Shown here one piece after another: positions 17,963-26,551 of a stretch of 32,000 nucleotides of DNA (positions are counted from its first letter, which is position 1; each line of letters begins with the position of its first letter). The notes under the pieces are model-generated. The model ran no database searches. It worked only from the letters and a program-made list of their open reading frames with translations, and was not told the DNA's origin. Source of the stretch: Pseudodesulfovibrio mercurii (GTDB taxonomy: Bacteria; Desulfobacterota; Desulfovibrionia; Desulfovibrionales; Desulfovibrionaceae); NCBI RefSeq assembly GCF_000189295.2, contig NC_016803.1, positions 1,860,001 through 1,892,000 of the forward strand, written 5' to 3'. A program made the translations under genes and the position numbers.

Positions 17963-20479
17963 TTGAGTCAGAAAAAGCAGAAAACTCCCATCCGTCCTTC
18001 GCGCATCAAGCGCCGGAAGGAGGACGTGGAGATCGATAAGACCCCGAAGCCCGTCAAGGGCGACGAGGGCGGAGAGGACATTCCCGAGATCATCGAGGCG
18101 TTGACGGCCGGTCCGGGCGCGACGCTGTTCGGTGACGGCGACGACATGACCGGGCACAATCCGGCGGACATTCCGCAGGTGTTGCCGGTTCTGGCGGTAC
18201 GCGACATCGTGGTCTTCAACTACATGATCCTGCCCCTTTTCGTGGGCCGCGAGAAGTCGGTCAAGGCCGTGGACGCGGCCCTGGCGGGCGACCGCTACAT
18301 CCTCATCCTGACCCAGAAGGACGAGGGCGTGGAGGACCCGGGGCCGGACGACCTGTACATGACCGGCACGGTGGGCATGATCATGCGCATGCTGAAGATG
18401 CCCGACGGCCGTCTCAAGGTCCTGGTCCAGGGGCTGGCGCGGGCCAAGGTCCGGCGGTTCACGTCCAACGACCCGTACCACATCGCCGAGCTGACCCCGA
18501 TCATCGAGCCCGAGGCCGGATCGCTGACCGCCGAGCAGGAGGCGCTGGTGCGCTCCTCGCGCGAGCTGTCCGAGCGCATCCTGACCCTGCGCGGCATTTC
18601 CAGCGCGGACATCATGTCGGTGCTGAACAGCGTGTCCGATCCGGGCAGGCTGGCGGACCTGATCGCCTCCAACCTGCGCATGAAGGTGGACGCGGCCCAG
18701 AAGATTCTGGAGTGCGTGGAGCCCATCCGGCGGCTGGAGCTGGTCAACGAGCAGCTGCTCAAGGAGGTCGAGGTGGCCTCCATGCAGAACAAGATCCAGA
18801 CCATGGCCAAGGAAGGCATGGACAAGGCCCAGCGCGACTTCTACCTGCGCGAGCAGATCAAGGCCATCAAGCGCGAGCTCGGCGACGAAGGCGACGAGTC
18901 CGAGGAGATGGAGGAGCTGCGCAAGGGACTGGCCGCGTCCGGCATGCCCAAGGAGGTCATGAAGGAGGCGTTCAAGCAGTTGCGGCGGCTGGAGACCATG
19001 CACGCCGAATCGAGCGAGGCCACGGTCATCCGCACCTATCTCGACTGGATGATCGACCTGCCGTGGAAGAAGCTCTCCCGCGACCGGCTGGACATCAAGA
19101 AGGCCGAAGAGATTCTCAACACCGACCACTACGACCTGGAAAAGGTCAAGGAGCGCATCCTCGAGTACCTGAGCGTGCGCAAGCTGAACCCCAAGATGAA
19201 GGGCCCGATCCTCTGCTTCGTGGGGCCTCCGGGCGTGGGCAAAACCTCGCTCGGGCGGTCCATCGCCCGGTCCCTGGGGCGCAAGTTCCACCGCATGTCG
19301 CTCGGCGGCATGCGCGACGAGGCCGAGATTCGCGGCCACCGGCGGACCTACATCGGGGCCATGCCGGGCCGGATCATCCAGGCCATCAAGCAGTGCGGCA
19401 CGCGCAACCCGGTGATCATGCTCGACGAGATCGACAAGCTCGGCTCGGACTTCCGGGGCGACCCGTCCTCGGCCCTGCTCGAGGTGCTCGACCCGGAACA
19501 GAACTTCTCGTTCACGGACCACTACCTGAACGTGCCCTTCGACCTGTCCAAGGTCATGTTCGTGTGCACGGCCAACATGCTCGACTCCATCCCCGGCCCG
19601 CTCATGGACCGCATGGAGGTCATCCGCATCCCCGGCTACACCGAGCAGGAGAAGACCGTCATCACCCGGCGCTACATCATCCCGCGCCAGCTGCGGGAGA
19701 ACGGCCTGGACGAGGGCGAGCTGGTCATCTCGGACAAGCTGGCGGCCAAGGTCATCCGCGAGTACACCCGCGAGGCGGGCCTGCGCAACGTGGAACGCGA
19801 GATCGGCACCCTATGCCGCAAGATGGCCCGCAAGAAGGCCGAGGGCGAAAAGGGGCCGTTCAAGATCACGGTCAACAACCTGTACAAGCTCCTCGGGCCG
19901 CCGCGCTTCCTGGACGACGAAAAGGAACCGACCCTGCCTCCGGGCGTGGCCGTGGGCCTGGCCTGGACCCCGGTGGGCGGCGAGATCCTGCACATCGAGG
20001 TGACGACCATGCCGGGCAAGGGCAAGCTCATCCTGACCGGCAAGCTCGGCGACGTCATGAAGGAGTCGGCCCAGGCCGCCCTGTCCATCGCGCGCGCCCG
20101 GGCGGACCTCTACGGCATCGACCCGAACTTCGCGGACAACCGCGACATCCACGTGCACGTCCCGGCCGGGGCCACTCCCAAGGACGGCCCGTCCGCGGGC
20201 GTCACCCTGGTCACCGCGCTCCTCTCGGCCCTGACCGACACCCCGGTTTCCCCGGACCTGGCCATGACCGGCGAGATATCCCTGCGCGGCCGCGTCCTGC
20301 CCGTGGGCGGCATCAAGGAAAAAATCCTGGCCGCCGTGTCCCGCGGCATGAAAAAGGTCCTCATCCCGGCCCAGAACAAAAAGGACCTGGCCGAGATTCC
20401 GGACGAACTGCGCAAACGCATCACCATCAAAACCATCGAAAAGGTGGACGAGGTCTGGCCCCTGGCCAAGGCCAAATAA
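17963..20479 (+). CDS. lon: ATP-dependent protease Lon
   Basis: Walker A motif GPPGVGKTS and catalytic PKDGPSAGV. The conserved Lon N-domain begins near [16 protein letters not shown]. The track start is a TTG at 17963 with AGAGGA 8 nt upstream. The alternative internal ATG at 18146 has a poor RBS. Confidence 0.95.
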   Translation: MSQKKQKTPIRPSRIKRRKEDVEIDKTPKPVKGDEGGEDIPEIIEALTAGPGATLFGDGDDMTGHNPADIPQVLPVLAVRDIVVFNYMILPLFVGREKSVKAVDAALAGDRYILILTQKDEGVEDPGPDDLYMTGTVGMIMRMLKMPDGRLKVLVQGLARAKVRRFTSNDPYHIAELTPIIEPEAGSLTAEQEALVRSSRELSERILTLRGISSADIMSVLNSVSDPGRLADLIASNLRMKVDAAQKILECVEPIRRLELVNEQLLKEVEVASMQNKIQTMAKEGMDKAQRDFYLREQIKAIKRELGDEGDESEEMEELRKGLAASGMPKEVMKEAFKQLRRLETMHAESSEATVIRTYLDWMIDLPWKKLSRDRLDIKKAEEILNTDHYDLEKVKERILEYLSVRKLNPKMKGPILCFVGPPGVGKTSLGRSIARSLGRKFHRMSLGGMRDEAEIRGHRRTYIGAMPGRIIQAIKQCGTRNPVIMLDEIDKLGSDFRGDPSSALLEVLDPEQNFSFTDHYLNVPFDLSKVMFVCTANMLDSIPGPLMDRMEVIRIPGYTEQEKTVITRRYIIPRQLRENGLDEGELVISDKLAAKVIREYTREAGLRNVEREIGTLCRKMARKKAEGEKGPFKITVNNLYKLLGPPRFLDDEKEPTLPPGVAVGLAWTPVGGEILHIEVTTMPGKGKLILTGKLGDVMKESAQAALSIARARADLYGIDPNFADNRDIHVHVPAGATPKDGPSAGVTLVTALLSALTDTPVSPDLAMTGEISLRGRVLPVGGIKEKILAAVSRGMKKVLIPAQNKKDLAEIPDELRKRITIKTIEKVDEVWPLAKAK

Positions 20480-20503
20480 CCCCCACCGCATCCCGATACC
20501 CCA

Positions 20504-20534
20504 ACGGGGCCGCCACCGGCGGCCCCGTTTTTTT
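20504..20534 (+). terminator. Rho-independent terminator of lon
   Basis: ACGGGGCCGCC-ACC-GGCGGCCCCGT followed by T7. Confidence 0.85.
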
Positions 20535-20536
20535 GG

Positions 20537-20891
20537 GCCTCCGGCGGCCGGGGGAAGGGGAGGAAAAACCCTTTGAAAAGGGTTCTTTCCTCCCCTTCCC
20601 CCGGACCCCCATCCCCTCCTTTTCCCAAACTTTTTGTCGCCGCTTCGCGGGGCGGGAACATATAAAAAGGTTCCTGACCAATGTGAGTCGGGAACCTTTC
20701 TTCTTCAATCTTTGGAGCGATTCGGGTGGCGCAGCCACCCGACAGCGGCTCCCCCCCCGCTCTCGGAATAGGCTTTCGAGAGTGGGTCAGCTGTGCATTT
20801 TCTTCCGGCCGGGCCAACCGCAGCGTAGCCGCCTACGTGAGGATTGGCCCGGCCGGAAAAAATGTGCAGATGGCCCGCTATCGAAAGCCGC
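20537..20891 (+). repeat. Composite structured repeat, full copy (modules A-H1-H2-B)
   Basis: A spans 20537-20652 with its hairpin at 20548-20604. H1 is AAAGGTTCC...GGAACCTTT at 20666-20699. H2 is GGGTGGC-GCA-GCCACCCGACAGCGGCTC at 20724-20751. B spans 20778-20891, with an imperfect hairpin of about 33 bp at 20784-20876 and apex CCGCAGCGTAGCCGCCTACGTGAGGA. Confidence 0.85.
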
Positions 20892-20902
20892 TAATCGTGC
20901 GA

Positions 20903-21892
20903 TCACATCCCCACCGCATCGCGGCCAGGAAGCCAGAGGCCCTTGTCGCGCCGCTCGTCGGCGGCGTGCTCCGCGCCCTCCACGTTCTTTTCCTCGGTCC
21001 GGAGGGTTTGGGTCCGGGCGCGGGCGTGGGCCTGCTCGTCGGCGTCGAAGAGGTTTTCGCACAGCACGGCGGCGCGCCGGGCCACGCCCTCGGGGATGGG
21101 GGGCTTGTTGTAGCGCAGGCGCAGGGCCGTGTTGCCGGCCAGGGCGTGGATGAGGATGACCAGGTCGCGGGCCACGGGCAGGTCCGGGTCGAGCCCGAAG
21201 CAGTGGGACAGCTCGTTCATGCAGTCCCACCACTGGCCCTGCTCGTAGTAGGCGCGGGCCAGGTTGTAGAACAGGTGGTCGTCGCGGTCCGTGTACTTGA
21301 GCGCCCGCCGGTAGCAGACCACCGCGCCCTCGAAGTGGCCTAGCTTGCGCAGGCTGATGCCGAACTCGTTGAACAGGAACTGGTCCTTGCCCGGAAACGG
21401 GGTCTTGACCCGCAGCAGCTCACCGAGCAGGGCGCGGCCCTTGGCCATGCGCCGCGCGATGATGTATTCCTGGCCCAGTTCGAACAGGCCGCGCACGTTG
21501 GCCTCGTCGATGGCCAGCAGGGAGCGACGATAGCCGTGGGCCCGGTCCGTGCCCACCAGCTGGTAGTTGTGGCGGCGGGCCGAGGGCAGCATGCGCTCCT
21601 CGAACACGGCCACCTCGGCCGTGTAGTGGTTGATGAGGTCGTCCGCGGAGATCAGGGATTCCTCGCCGAAGGGCAGGAAGTCGCCGTCCACGCCGCGCAC
21701 GGCGTAGCCGTCCTCGCCCACCTGGCGCACGAGCCAGTAGTGGACGCGGCCCTGGCCGCGCAGGGTGGTGCCCTTGCCGGGATTCCTGGATTTAGCGGTG
21801 GAGAAGATGCAGCAGACCGGGCCGACGCACCCCTTGGAGGTGCGGCCCGACCGATTCCTGCCGTCGAGGGAAACGTGCGTATCCTTGCTCAT
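20903..21892 (-). CDS. TPR-repeat protein with an uncharacterized N-terminal domain (paralog 1)
   Basis: 329 aa. The central and C-terminal part has TPR-like helices (AVVCYRRALKYTDRDDHLFYNLARAYYEQGQWWDC). It shares about 200 colinear residues with the ORF at 22235..23185. Confidence 0.8.
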   Translation of the reverse strand: MSKDTHVSLDGRNRSGRTSKGCVGPVCCIFSTAKSRNPGKGTTLRGQGRVHYWLVRQVGEDGYAVRGVDGDFLPFGEESLISADDLINHYTAEVAVFEERMLPSARRHNYQLVGTDRAHGYRRSLLAIDEANVRGLFELGQEYIIARRMAKGRALLGELLRVKTPFPGKDQFLFNEFGISLRKLGHFEGAVVCYRRALKYTDRDDHLFYNLARAYYEQGQWWDCMNELSHCFGLDPDLPVARDLVILIHALAGNTALRLRYNKPPIPEGVARRAAVLCENLFDADEQAHARARTQTLRTEEKNVEGAEHAADERRDKGLWLPGRDAVGM

Positions 21893-22097
21893 GGGTCACC
21901 CTTTGCAGAGGGAGCGGCCATGCCCGGCCCGGCGATCCGGCCCGCGCGTTCCCCCCGCGCCGACCAACCCTGCCGCCGTTTCCCGGCATGACACTTCCCC
22001 TGCGCCGTCCAGTGGGCTCCCGCAGTCACCAGGCGCGTTGTGTGGAAACCGGTCCGGCCCTTGCCGGACGTCCTATTCCACCCCGTTCACCCGAATC

Positions 22098-22125
22098 TTA
22101 TCGGCCCGGCGCGCCAAAGGCTTTA
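22098..22125 (-). promoter_or_regulatory. Sigma28 (FliA)-type promoter facing TPR paralog 1
   Basis: The minus strand reads TAAAGCCT-N12-GCCGATAA. The -10 box is a perfect 8/8 match and the -35 core TAAAG is present, but the spacer is 1 nt longer than the consensus N11. It lies about 206 nt upstream of the ATG at 21892. Confidence 0.45.
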
Positions 22126-22234
22126 GTGGAAAATTCGATGCTTGCGGTGTTTTTCATAAAACCGGCGCGGGACCTTCGCGGCGGGCTCCTCCTTGGCGAA
22201 ACCGGGCAAACCGGCGCACGGGGACGGGTGCGGG

Positions 22235-23185
22235 CTATTCGTCGCTACCGTGGCGCTTGAACTCCACGAGCCCCACGCCGCCGGAGCGGGCGCGGCCCGG
22301 CTCCACGGCCCGGCCCACCAGGGTGTCGTCGAGCTTGAGCCGACCGGACCCGGCGGCCAGGAGCTGGCGGGCGCGGGCGGCCACGGCGGGCGGCACGGGG
22401 GGTTTGTGGTAGCGGGTCAGCCGCCGCTCGTCCCCTTCCAGGCCGACCATGAGCGCGAGCAGGTTCTTGGTCACGGGCAGTGACGGATTGAACTTGTGGG
22501 ACTGGATCAGGTAGTCCAGGGAACGCGTCCAGTCGTCGTTCTCGTAGTGAGCGCGGGCCAGGTTGTAGAAGAGATTCTCGTCATCCGAGACGAAGTCCAG
22601 GGCGCGCAGGAAAAAGGCGATGGCCTCGTCGTAGCGGCCGCACTTGCGCAGGATGATGCCGAAGTCGTTGAACAGGAACTGGTCGCGGCCCTCGAACCCG
22701 GCCCTGATCCGGGCCAGGTCCGTGAACAGGGCCGAGGCGCGGGCGGTCTCGTCGTGCTCCAGGTAGACCAGGCCCAGACCGAACAGGCCGTTGAAGGCGT
22801 GCGCGTCCACGGTCGCGGCCAGGACATCCTCCGGAGCGCCCCGGCCGAGCAGGGCCGGGACCACCTGCTCCTCGAAGTAGGCCAGTTCCGGCGTGTAGTC
22901 CTCGACGAGTTCGTCCAGGGTGATCAGTTCGGCCTCGCCTATGGGCAGGTGCCGGTCGCTGAGCAGACGGCTGGCGAAATCGTCCTCGCCGGTCTGCTCC
23001 ACGAAGCGGAAGGTCAGGCTCTCGTGGGTGCGGCTGCTCGCGCCCATGCCCATCTTCACCGGGGTCAGGGCCGAGAACACGCAGCGGACGCGGCCGTCCG
23101 CCATGAAGTCCCGGCCGAACGGACAGACCGAGGCGGCGTCACCGTCCCCGGCATCGAGATGGAGCGCGAAAAATTCGTCTTGCAT
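22235..23185 (-). CDS. TPR-repeat protein with an uncharacterized N-terminal domain (paralog 2)
   Basis: 316 aa. Blocks shared with paralog 1: C[IV]FS, GED-[YF]A, LP-GE--LI--D[DE]L[IV]--YT-E-A-FEE, G[KR]DQFLFN[ED]FGI-LRK-G, DD-[HN]LFYNLARA-YE, and Y-KPP[IV]P--VA. Confidence 0.8.
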   Translation of the reverse strand: MQDEFFALHLDAGDGDAASVCPFGRDFMADGRVRCVFSALTPVKMGMGASSRTHESLTFRFVEQTGEDDFASRLLSDRHLPIGEAELITLDELVEDYTPELAYFEEQVVPALLGRGAPEDVLAATVDAHAFNGLFGLGLVYLEHDETARASALFTDLARIRAGFEGRDQFLFNDFGIILRKCGRYDEAIAFFLRALDFVSDDENLFYNLARAHYENDDWTRSLDYLIQSHKFNPSLPVTKNLLALMVGLEGDERRLTRYHKPPVPPAVAARARQLLAAGSGRLKLDDTLVGRAVEPGRARSGGVGLVEFKRHGSDE

Positions 23186-23426
23186 GGACCCTCGGCAGCG
23201 GCTTGGGCGGGGCGGAAAGCCCCTATTTCACACATCCCTGTTCTTAGCCGGGCGCGGGGCGCGGTGTAAAGCCCGGATTTGGCCGCGCCGAAGGGGTGGA
23301 CACAGGGCGATGGAGACTTACCTTATGGCCGGGCCGGGGGCGACGTTGCCAGTCCGGCCCTTTTCGGCTATGGAAACCCTCTGCCGGGAACGCCCGGTCC
23401 ATCACAACACCGTTTCGGAGCACGCC

Positions 23427-23675
23427 ATGCCCATTTTCGAATACAAGTGCAATGCATGCGGCAACGAATTCGAGGAACTCGTCTTCGACCGCGACGAATG
23501 CCCCCCCTGCCCCAAATGCCAGTCCACCGACACCGGCAAACTCATGAGCGCCGTCCGGTCCAAGGTCGGCGGCTTCCGCCCGGATTCGGGCGGCGATTCC
23601 GGCCCGGCCGCGCCCAGCGCGCCCTCGTCCGGCTGCGCGGGCTGCTCCGGCGGCAACTGCTCCAGCTGCGGCTAG
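23427..23675 (+). CDS. FmdB-family zinc-ribbon protein (second copy)
   Basis: [42 protein letters not shown]..., with a C-terminal tail [16 protein letters not shown]. In-frame ATG at 23427 within track ORF 22920..23675. Confidence 0.85.
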   Translation: MPIFEYKCNACGNEFEELVFDRDECPPCPKCQSTDTGKLMSAVRSKVGGFRPDSGGDSGPAAPSAPSSGCAGCSGGNCSSCG

Positions 23676-23709
23676 CCCCTTTCCTTCTCAGACCAAGGTT
23701 GCACACAGC

Positions 23710-24642
23710 ATGAAGAAGCTCACCATCGCCACCCGAGGCTCCGCCCTGGCCCTGTGGCAGGCCAACCACATCAAGGACCGGCTCGAGGCCGAACACCCCG
23801 GCCTGTCCGTGGACCTGCTCAAGATCAAGACCAAGGGGGACAAGATCCTCGATGTGCCGCTGGCCAAGGTCGGCGGCAAGGGACTGTTCGTCAAGGAGAT
23901 CGAGGAGGCGCTGCTGGACGGCCGCGCCCAGCTGGCGGTCCACTCCATGAAGGACGTGCCCACCGAGCTGCCCGACGGCCTCGAGGTCGGCATCATCCCC
24001 GAGCGCGAGGAAGCCACCGACTCCCTGCTCTCGGTCAAGTACGACGGCCTCGCCGGGCTGCCCGAGGGGGCCGTGGTCGGCACCTCCAGCCTGCGCCGCC
24101 AATCCCAGCTCTGTGCCCTGCGCCCGGACCTCAAGATCGAGACCCTGCGCGGCAACCTGGACACCCGGCTGAACAAGCTCCTGAACGGCGAGTACGACGC
24201 CATCGTCCTGGCCACCGCCGGGCTCAAGCGGCTGGCCATGTCCGCCCCCAAACAGGAGATCCTGAGCCCGCCCGAGTTCCTGCCCGCCGTGGCCCAGGGC
24301 GCGCTCGGCATCGAGTTCCGCTCGGCCGACACCGAGGTCCGCGACCTGCTCGCCTTCCTGGACCACGCCCCGACCAAGCACCAGGTCCTGGCCGAACGCG
24401 GCTTCCTGACCGGGCTGGACGGCGGCTGCCAGGTGCCCATCGCGGCCTGGTCCGTGATCGAGGGCGAGACCCTGCGGCTGACCGGCTACGTGGCCGAGGT
24501 GGACGGCTCCACGCCCATCCGGCGCATGGTCGAGGGCAACGTGGCCCACGCCTGGGACCTGGGCATGATCCTGGCCGGACAGGTGCTCGAAGCGGGCGGC
24601 AAGGCCATCCTGGACGCGGTCTACGCACGGGAGACCCGGTAG
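23710..24642 (+). CDS. hemC: Hydroxymethylbilane synthase (porphobilinogen deaminase)
   Basis: [21 protein letters not shown]...[26 protein letters not shown]; 310 aa. Confidence 0.96.
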   Translation: MKKLTIATRGSALALWQANHIKDRLEAEHPGLSVDLLKIKTKGDKILDVPLAKVGGKGLFVKEIEEALLDGRAQLAVHSMKDVPTELPDGLEVGIIPEREEATDSLLSVKYDGLAGLPEGAVVGTSSLRRQSQLCALRPDLKIETLRGNLDTRLNKLLNGEYDAIVLATAGLKRLAMSAPKQEILSPPEFLPAVAQGALGIEFRSADTEVRDLLAFLDHAPTKHQVLAERGFLTGLDGGCQVPIAAWSVIEGETLRLTGYVAEVDGSTPIRRMVEGNVAHAWDLGMILAGQVLEAGGKAILDAVYARETR

Positions 24643-24758
24643 CCCGAACCCGGCCCGGCCCAACCTTCAACGACAAATCTTTATTTTTCTTTATATGAAA
24701 AAGATTAATAAAATAAAGCTGTTCGGAGAGCGTCAGCCGCGCGGCCCGCTCAAGCCCC

Positions 24759-24785
24759 TAAAGGTTTCTCCATATTCACCGATAA
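24759..24785 (+). promoter_or_regulatory. Sigma28 (FliA) promoter
   Basis: TAAAGGTT-N11-ACCGATAA against the consensus TAAAGTTT-N11-GCCGATAA. That is 7/8 in each box with exact spacing. It lies 48 nt upstream of the ATG at 24833 and is preceded by an AT-rich island at about 24663-24720. Confidence 0.65.
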
Positions 24786-24832
24786 AAACGGCAAGAAATA
24801 TGTTCAACACTCCATGGAAGGAGGTACGAATC

Positions 24833-25030
24833 ATGGAAATTGCCGGTTTTGAAGCCCAGGGACCCAACCTGTCCGAACAGATGAAGTCCATCCGCAAGGT
24901 TCGGCTCCAGCGCGAGGTGCTGGAGAACCCCGAAATGGCCCGCGAGCTCGTCAAGGTCGAATCCACGGGCACGTACAACACGCGTGGCGACATAGTCCAA
25001 GCCGTCTCCACCGACTTGGGGGATGCGTAG
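24833..25030 (+). CDS. 65-aa protein of unknown function (possibly YjfB-like motility protein or FlgM-like)
   Basis: The ATG at 24833 sits 6 nt after a strong AAGGAGGT RBS. Sequence: MEIAGFEAQGPNLSEQMKSIRKVRLQREVLENPEMARELVKVESTGTYNTRGDIVQAVSTDLGDA. It is followed by a very strong terminator hairpin. The functional guess rests only on a loose pattern resemblance and the sigma28 promoter. Confidence 0.65.
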   Translation: MEIAGFEAQGPNLSEQMKSIRKVRLQREVLENPEMARELVKVESTGTYNTRGDIVQAVSTDLGDA

Positions 25031-25042
25031 CGTGCGCACCGA

Positions 25043-25106
25043 CTCATCCGAAAAAGAGTAAGGGCCGATCAGAAGACTGATCGGCCCTTACTCTTTTTCG
25101 GATGAG
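25043..25106. terminator. Perfect 30-bp stem / 4-nt loop hairpin (bidirectional terminator)
   Basis: CTCATCCGAAAAAGAGTAAGGGCCGATCAG-AAGA-CTGATCGGCCCTTACTCTTTTTCGGATGAG. I checked the complementarity base by base. The GC-rich inner stem is followed by TCTTTTT on both strands. Confidence 0.85.
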
Positions 25107-25122
25107 CGGCGCGCAGTGGGGG

Positions 25123-25481
25123 GCGGCTTGCGATAGCGGGCCATCCGCACATTTTCCCTGGGGGGCTTTCATCCTCACGTAGACGGCTACGCTGCGGTGA
25201 AAGCCCCCCAGGAGAAAATGCACGGCTGACCCACTGTCACAAGCCTAGTGCCAGCGCGGTGAGCCGCTGTCGGGTGCGGCGCACCCGAATTGCTCCGGCT
25301 TTGAAAAATGTAAGGCCCTTGGTTTATACTGAGATCGAAGGTCTTGAAATGTGAAACGCCCCGCGAAGCGGCGCTAAGAAGTTTAGGAAGGGAGAGGGGA
25401 TGGGGGGTCCGGGGGAAGGGGAGAGGGAAACCCGTTTATTTCAAAGGGTTTCCCTCTCCCCTTCCCCCGGCCGCCGGAGGC
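25123..25481 (-). repeat. Composite structured repeat, full copy in inverted orientation (B-H2-H1-A on the + strand)
   Basis: B spans 25123-25238 with its hairpin at 25138-25232. H2 spans 25261-25287 (GAGCCGCTGTCGGGTGC-GGC-GCACCC). H1 lies at about 25312-25346. A spans 25359-25481 with its hairpin at 25409-25470. The A end lies 3 nt after the cobT stop codon. Confidence 0.85.
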
Positions 25482-25483
25482 GC

Positions 25484-26551
25484 TTACTTGCTGCCGGACA
25501 CTCCGGCGGAGGCGAAGGTGGCCATTTGGTTGAAGACATTGGCGGCGGCGCGGACGAGGAACATGGCGCAGGCCGAGCCCGTGCCTTCGCCGAGGCGGAA
25601 GCCGAGGTGGAGGTAGGGGGTGACGCCCAGGGTTTCGGTCACGGCGGCGTAGCCGGGTTCGGCCGAGGCGTGGCTAAGCAGGCAGTAGTCCCGAACCGCC
25701 GGGTGGATCTTCCAGGCCGCGAGGCAGGCGGCGGTGGAGATGAAGCCGTCCACGCAGACGAGCTGGTGGTTCTTGGCCCCGCCCAGGACGAGCCCGGCCA
25801 GAGCGGCGATCTCCAGTCCGCCGAGGGCGGCCAGGATTTCCACGGGATCGCCGGAGTCGATGGCGTCCCGGTTGGCGTCCAGGCCGCGCCGGATGACGGC
25901 GGTCTTGGCCGGGAGGCTCGACGGGGCCAGGCCCGCGCCGGGACCGGTCAGGCCCGCCGGGTCCAGGCCGAGGTAGGCCGCGTACAGGGCCGTGGACGGA
26001 GTGGTGTTGGAGATGCCCATGTCGCCGGTGCCGAGCACCCTGACGCCGTCGGCGTGGGCGCGGTCGGCCAGGGACACGCCGAGCAGCAGGGCCTCAAGGC
26101 ACTGTTCGCGGGTCATGGCCGGGCCCTGGGCCAGGTTGGCGGTGCCGGGCGCGATCTTGGCCTGGATCAGGGCCGGATGGTCGTCGAACGGGCCGCCGCA
26201 GCAGCCCGCGTCCACCACGAAGAGCCCGGCCCCCACGGTCTTGGCCAGGACGTTGATGCCCGCGCCGTCGGCCAGGAAGTTGAGGACCATCTGGCGGGTG
26301 ACCTCCTGGGGATAGGGCGACACGCCCTCGGCGTTGACGCCGTGGTCCCCGGCCACGGTGTAGATACGCATGGGATCGGCCTGGGGCGGCTCGCCGCCCT
26401 GGATGAGATAGAGTTGCAGGGCCAGTTCCTCAAGGCGGCCGAGGCTGCCCACGGGCTTGGTCAGGTTGTCGAGATGGGCCCGGCCCTCGGCTTCGGGGGT
26501 GCGGTCCACGGGGGAGATGTCGTCGAGTATGCGTTTGAATGCTGCTTCCAT
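25484..26551 (-). CDS. cobT: Nicotinate-nucleotide--dimethylbenzimidazole phosphoribosyltransferase
   Basis: LDNLTKPVGSLGRLEELALQL, GTGDMGISNTTPSTAL and LGEGTGSA motifs. I chose the ATG at 26551 (AAGGAAG upstream). The track start at 26590 is the alternative. Confidence 0.93.
   Translation of the reverse strand: MEAAFKRILDDISPVDRTPEAEGRAHLDNLTKPVGSLGRLEELALQLYLIQGGEPPQADPMRIYTVAGDHGVNAEGVSPYPQEVTRQMVLNFLADGAGINVLAKTVGAGLFVVDAGCCGGPFDDHPALIQAKIAPGTANLAQGPAMTREQCLEALLLGVSLADRAHADGVRVLGTGDMGISNTTPSTALYAAYLGLDPAGLTGPGAGLAPSSLPAKTAVIRRGLDANRDAIDSGDPVEILAALGGLEIAALAGLVLGGAKNHQLVCVDGFISTAACLAAWKIHPAVRDYCLLSHASAEPGYAAVTETLGVTPYLHLGFRLGEGTGSACAMFLVRAAANVFNQMATFASAGVSGSK

Noticed and set aside
20726-21343. 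ORFs running through the B modules that give similar peptides (EWVSCAFSSGR.NRSVA.YVRIG.AGKNVQMAR) in copies 2 and 4
   Set aside because: Copy 3 carries a 1-nt length difference that shifts the frame while preserving the hairpin. Conservation therefore acts on the nucleotides and structure, not on a protein.
24695-24832. Longer 111-aa version of the small ORF starting at the ATG at 24695
   Set aside because: It has no RBS, the N-terminal part is AT-rich with atypical composition, and the sigma28 promoter lies inside it. The ATG at 24833 has a consensus RBS.
25243-25258. TGGCAC-N5-TTGT (sigma54-like) on the minus strand
   Set aside because: It lies inside composite repeat copy 3 and is not conserved in the other copies. 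The -12 box lacks the GC dinucleotide.
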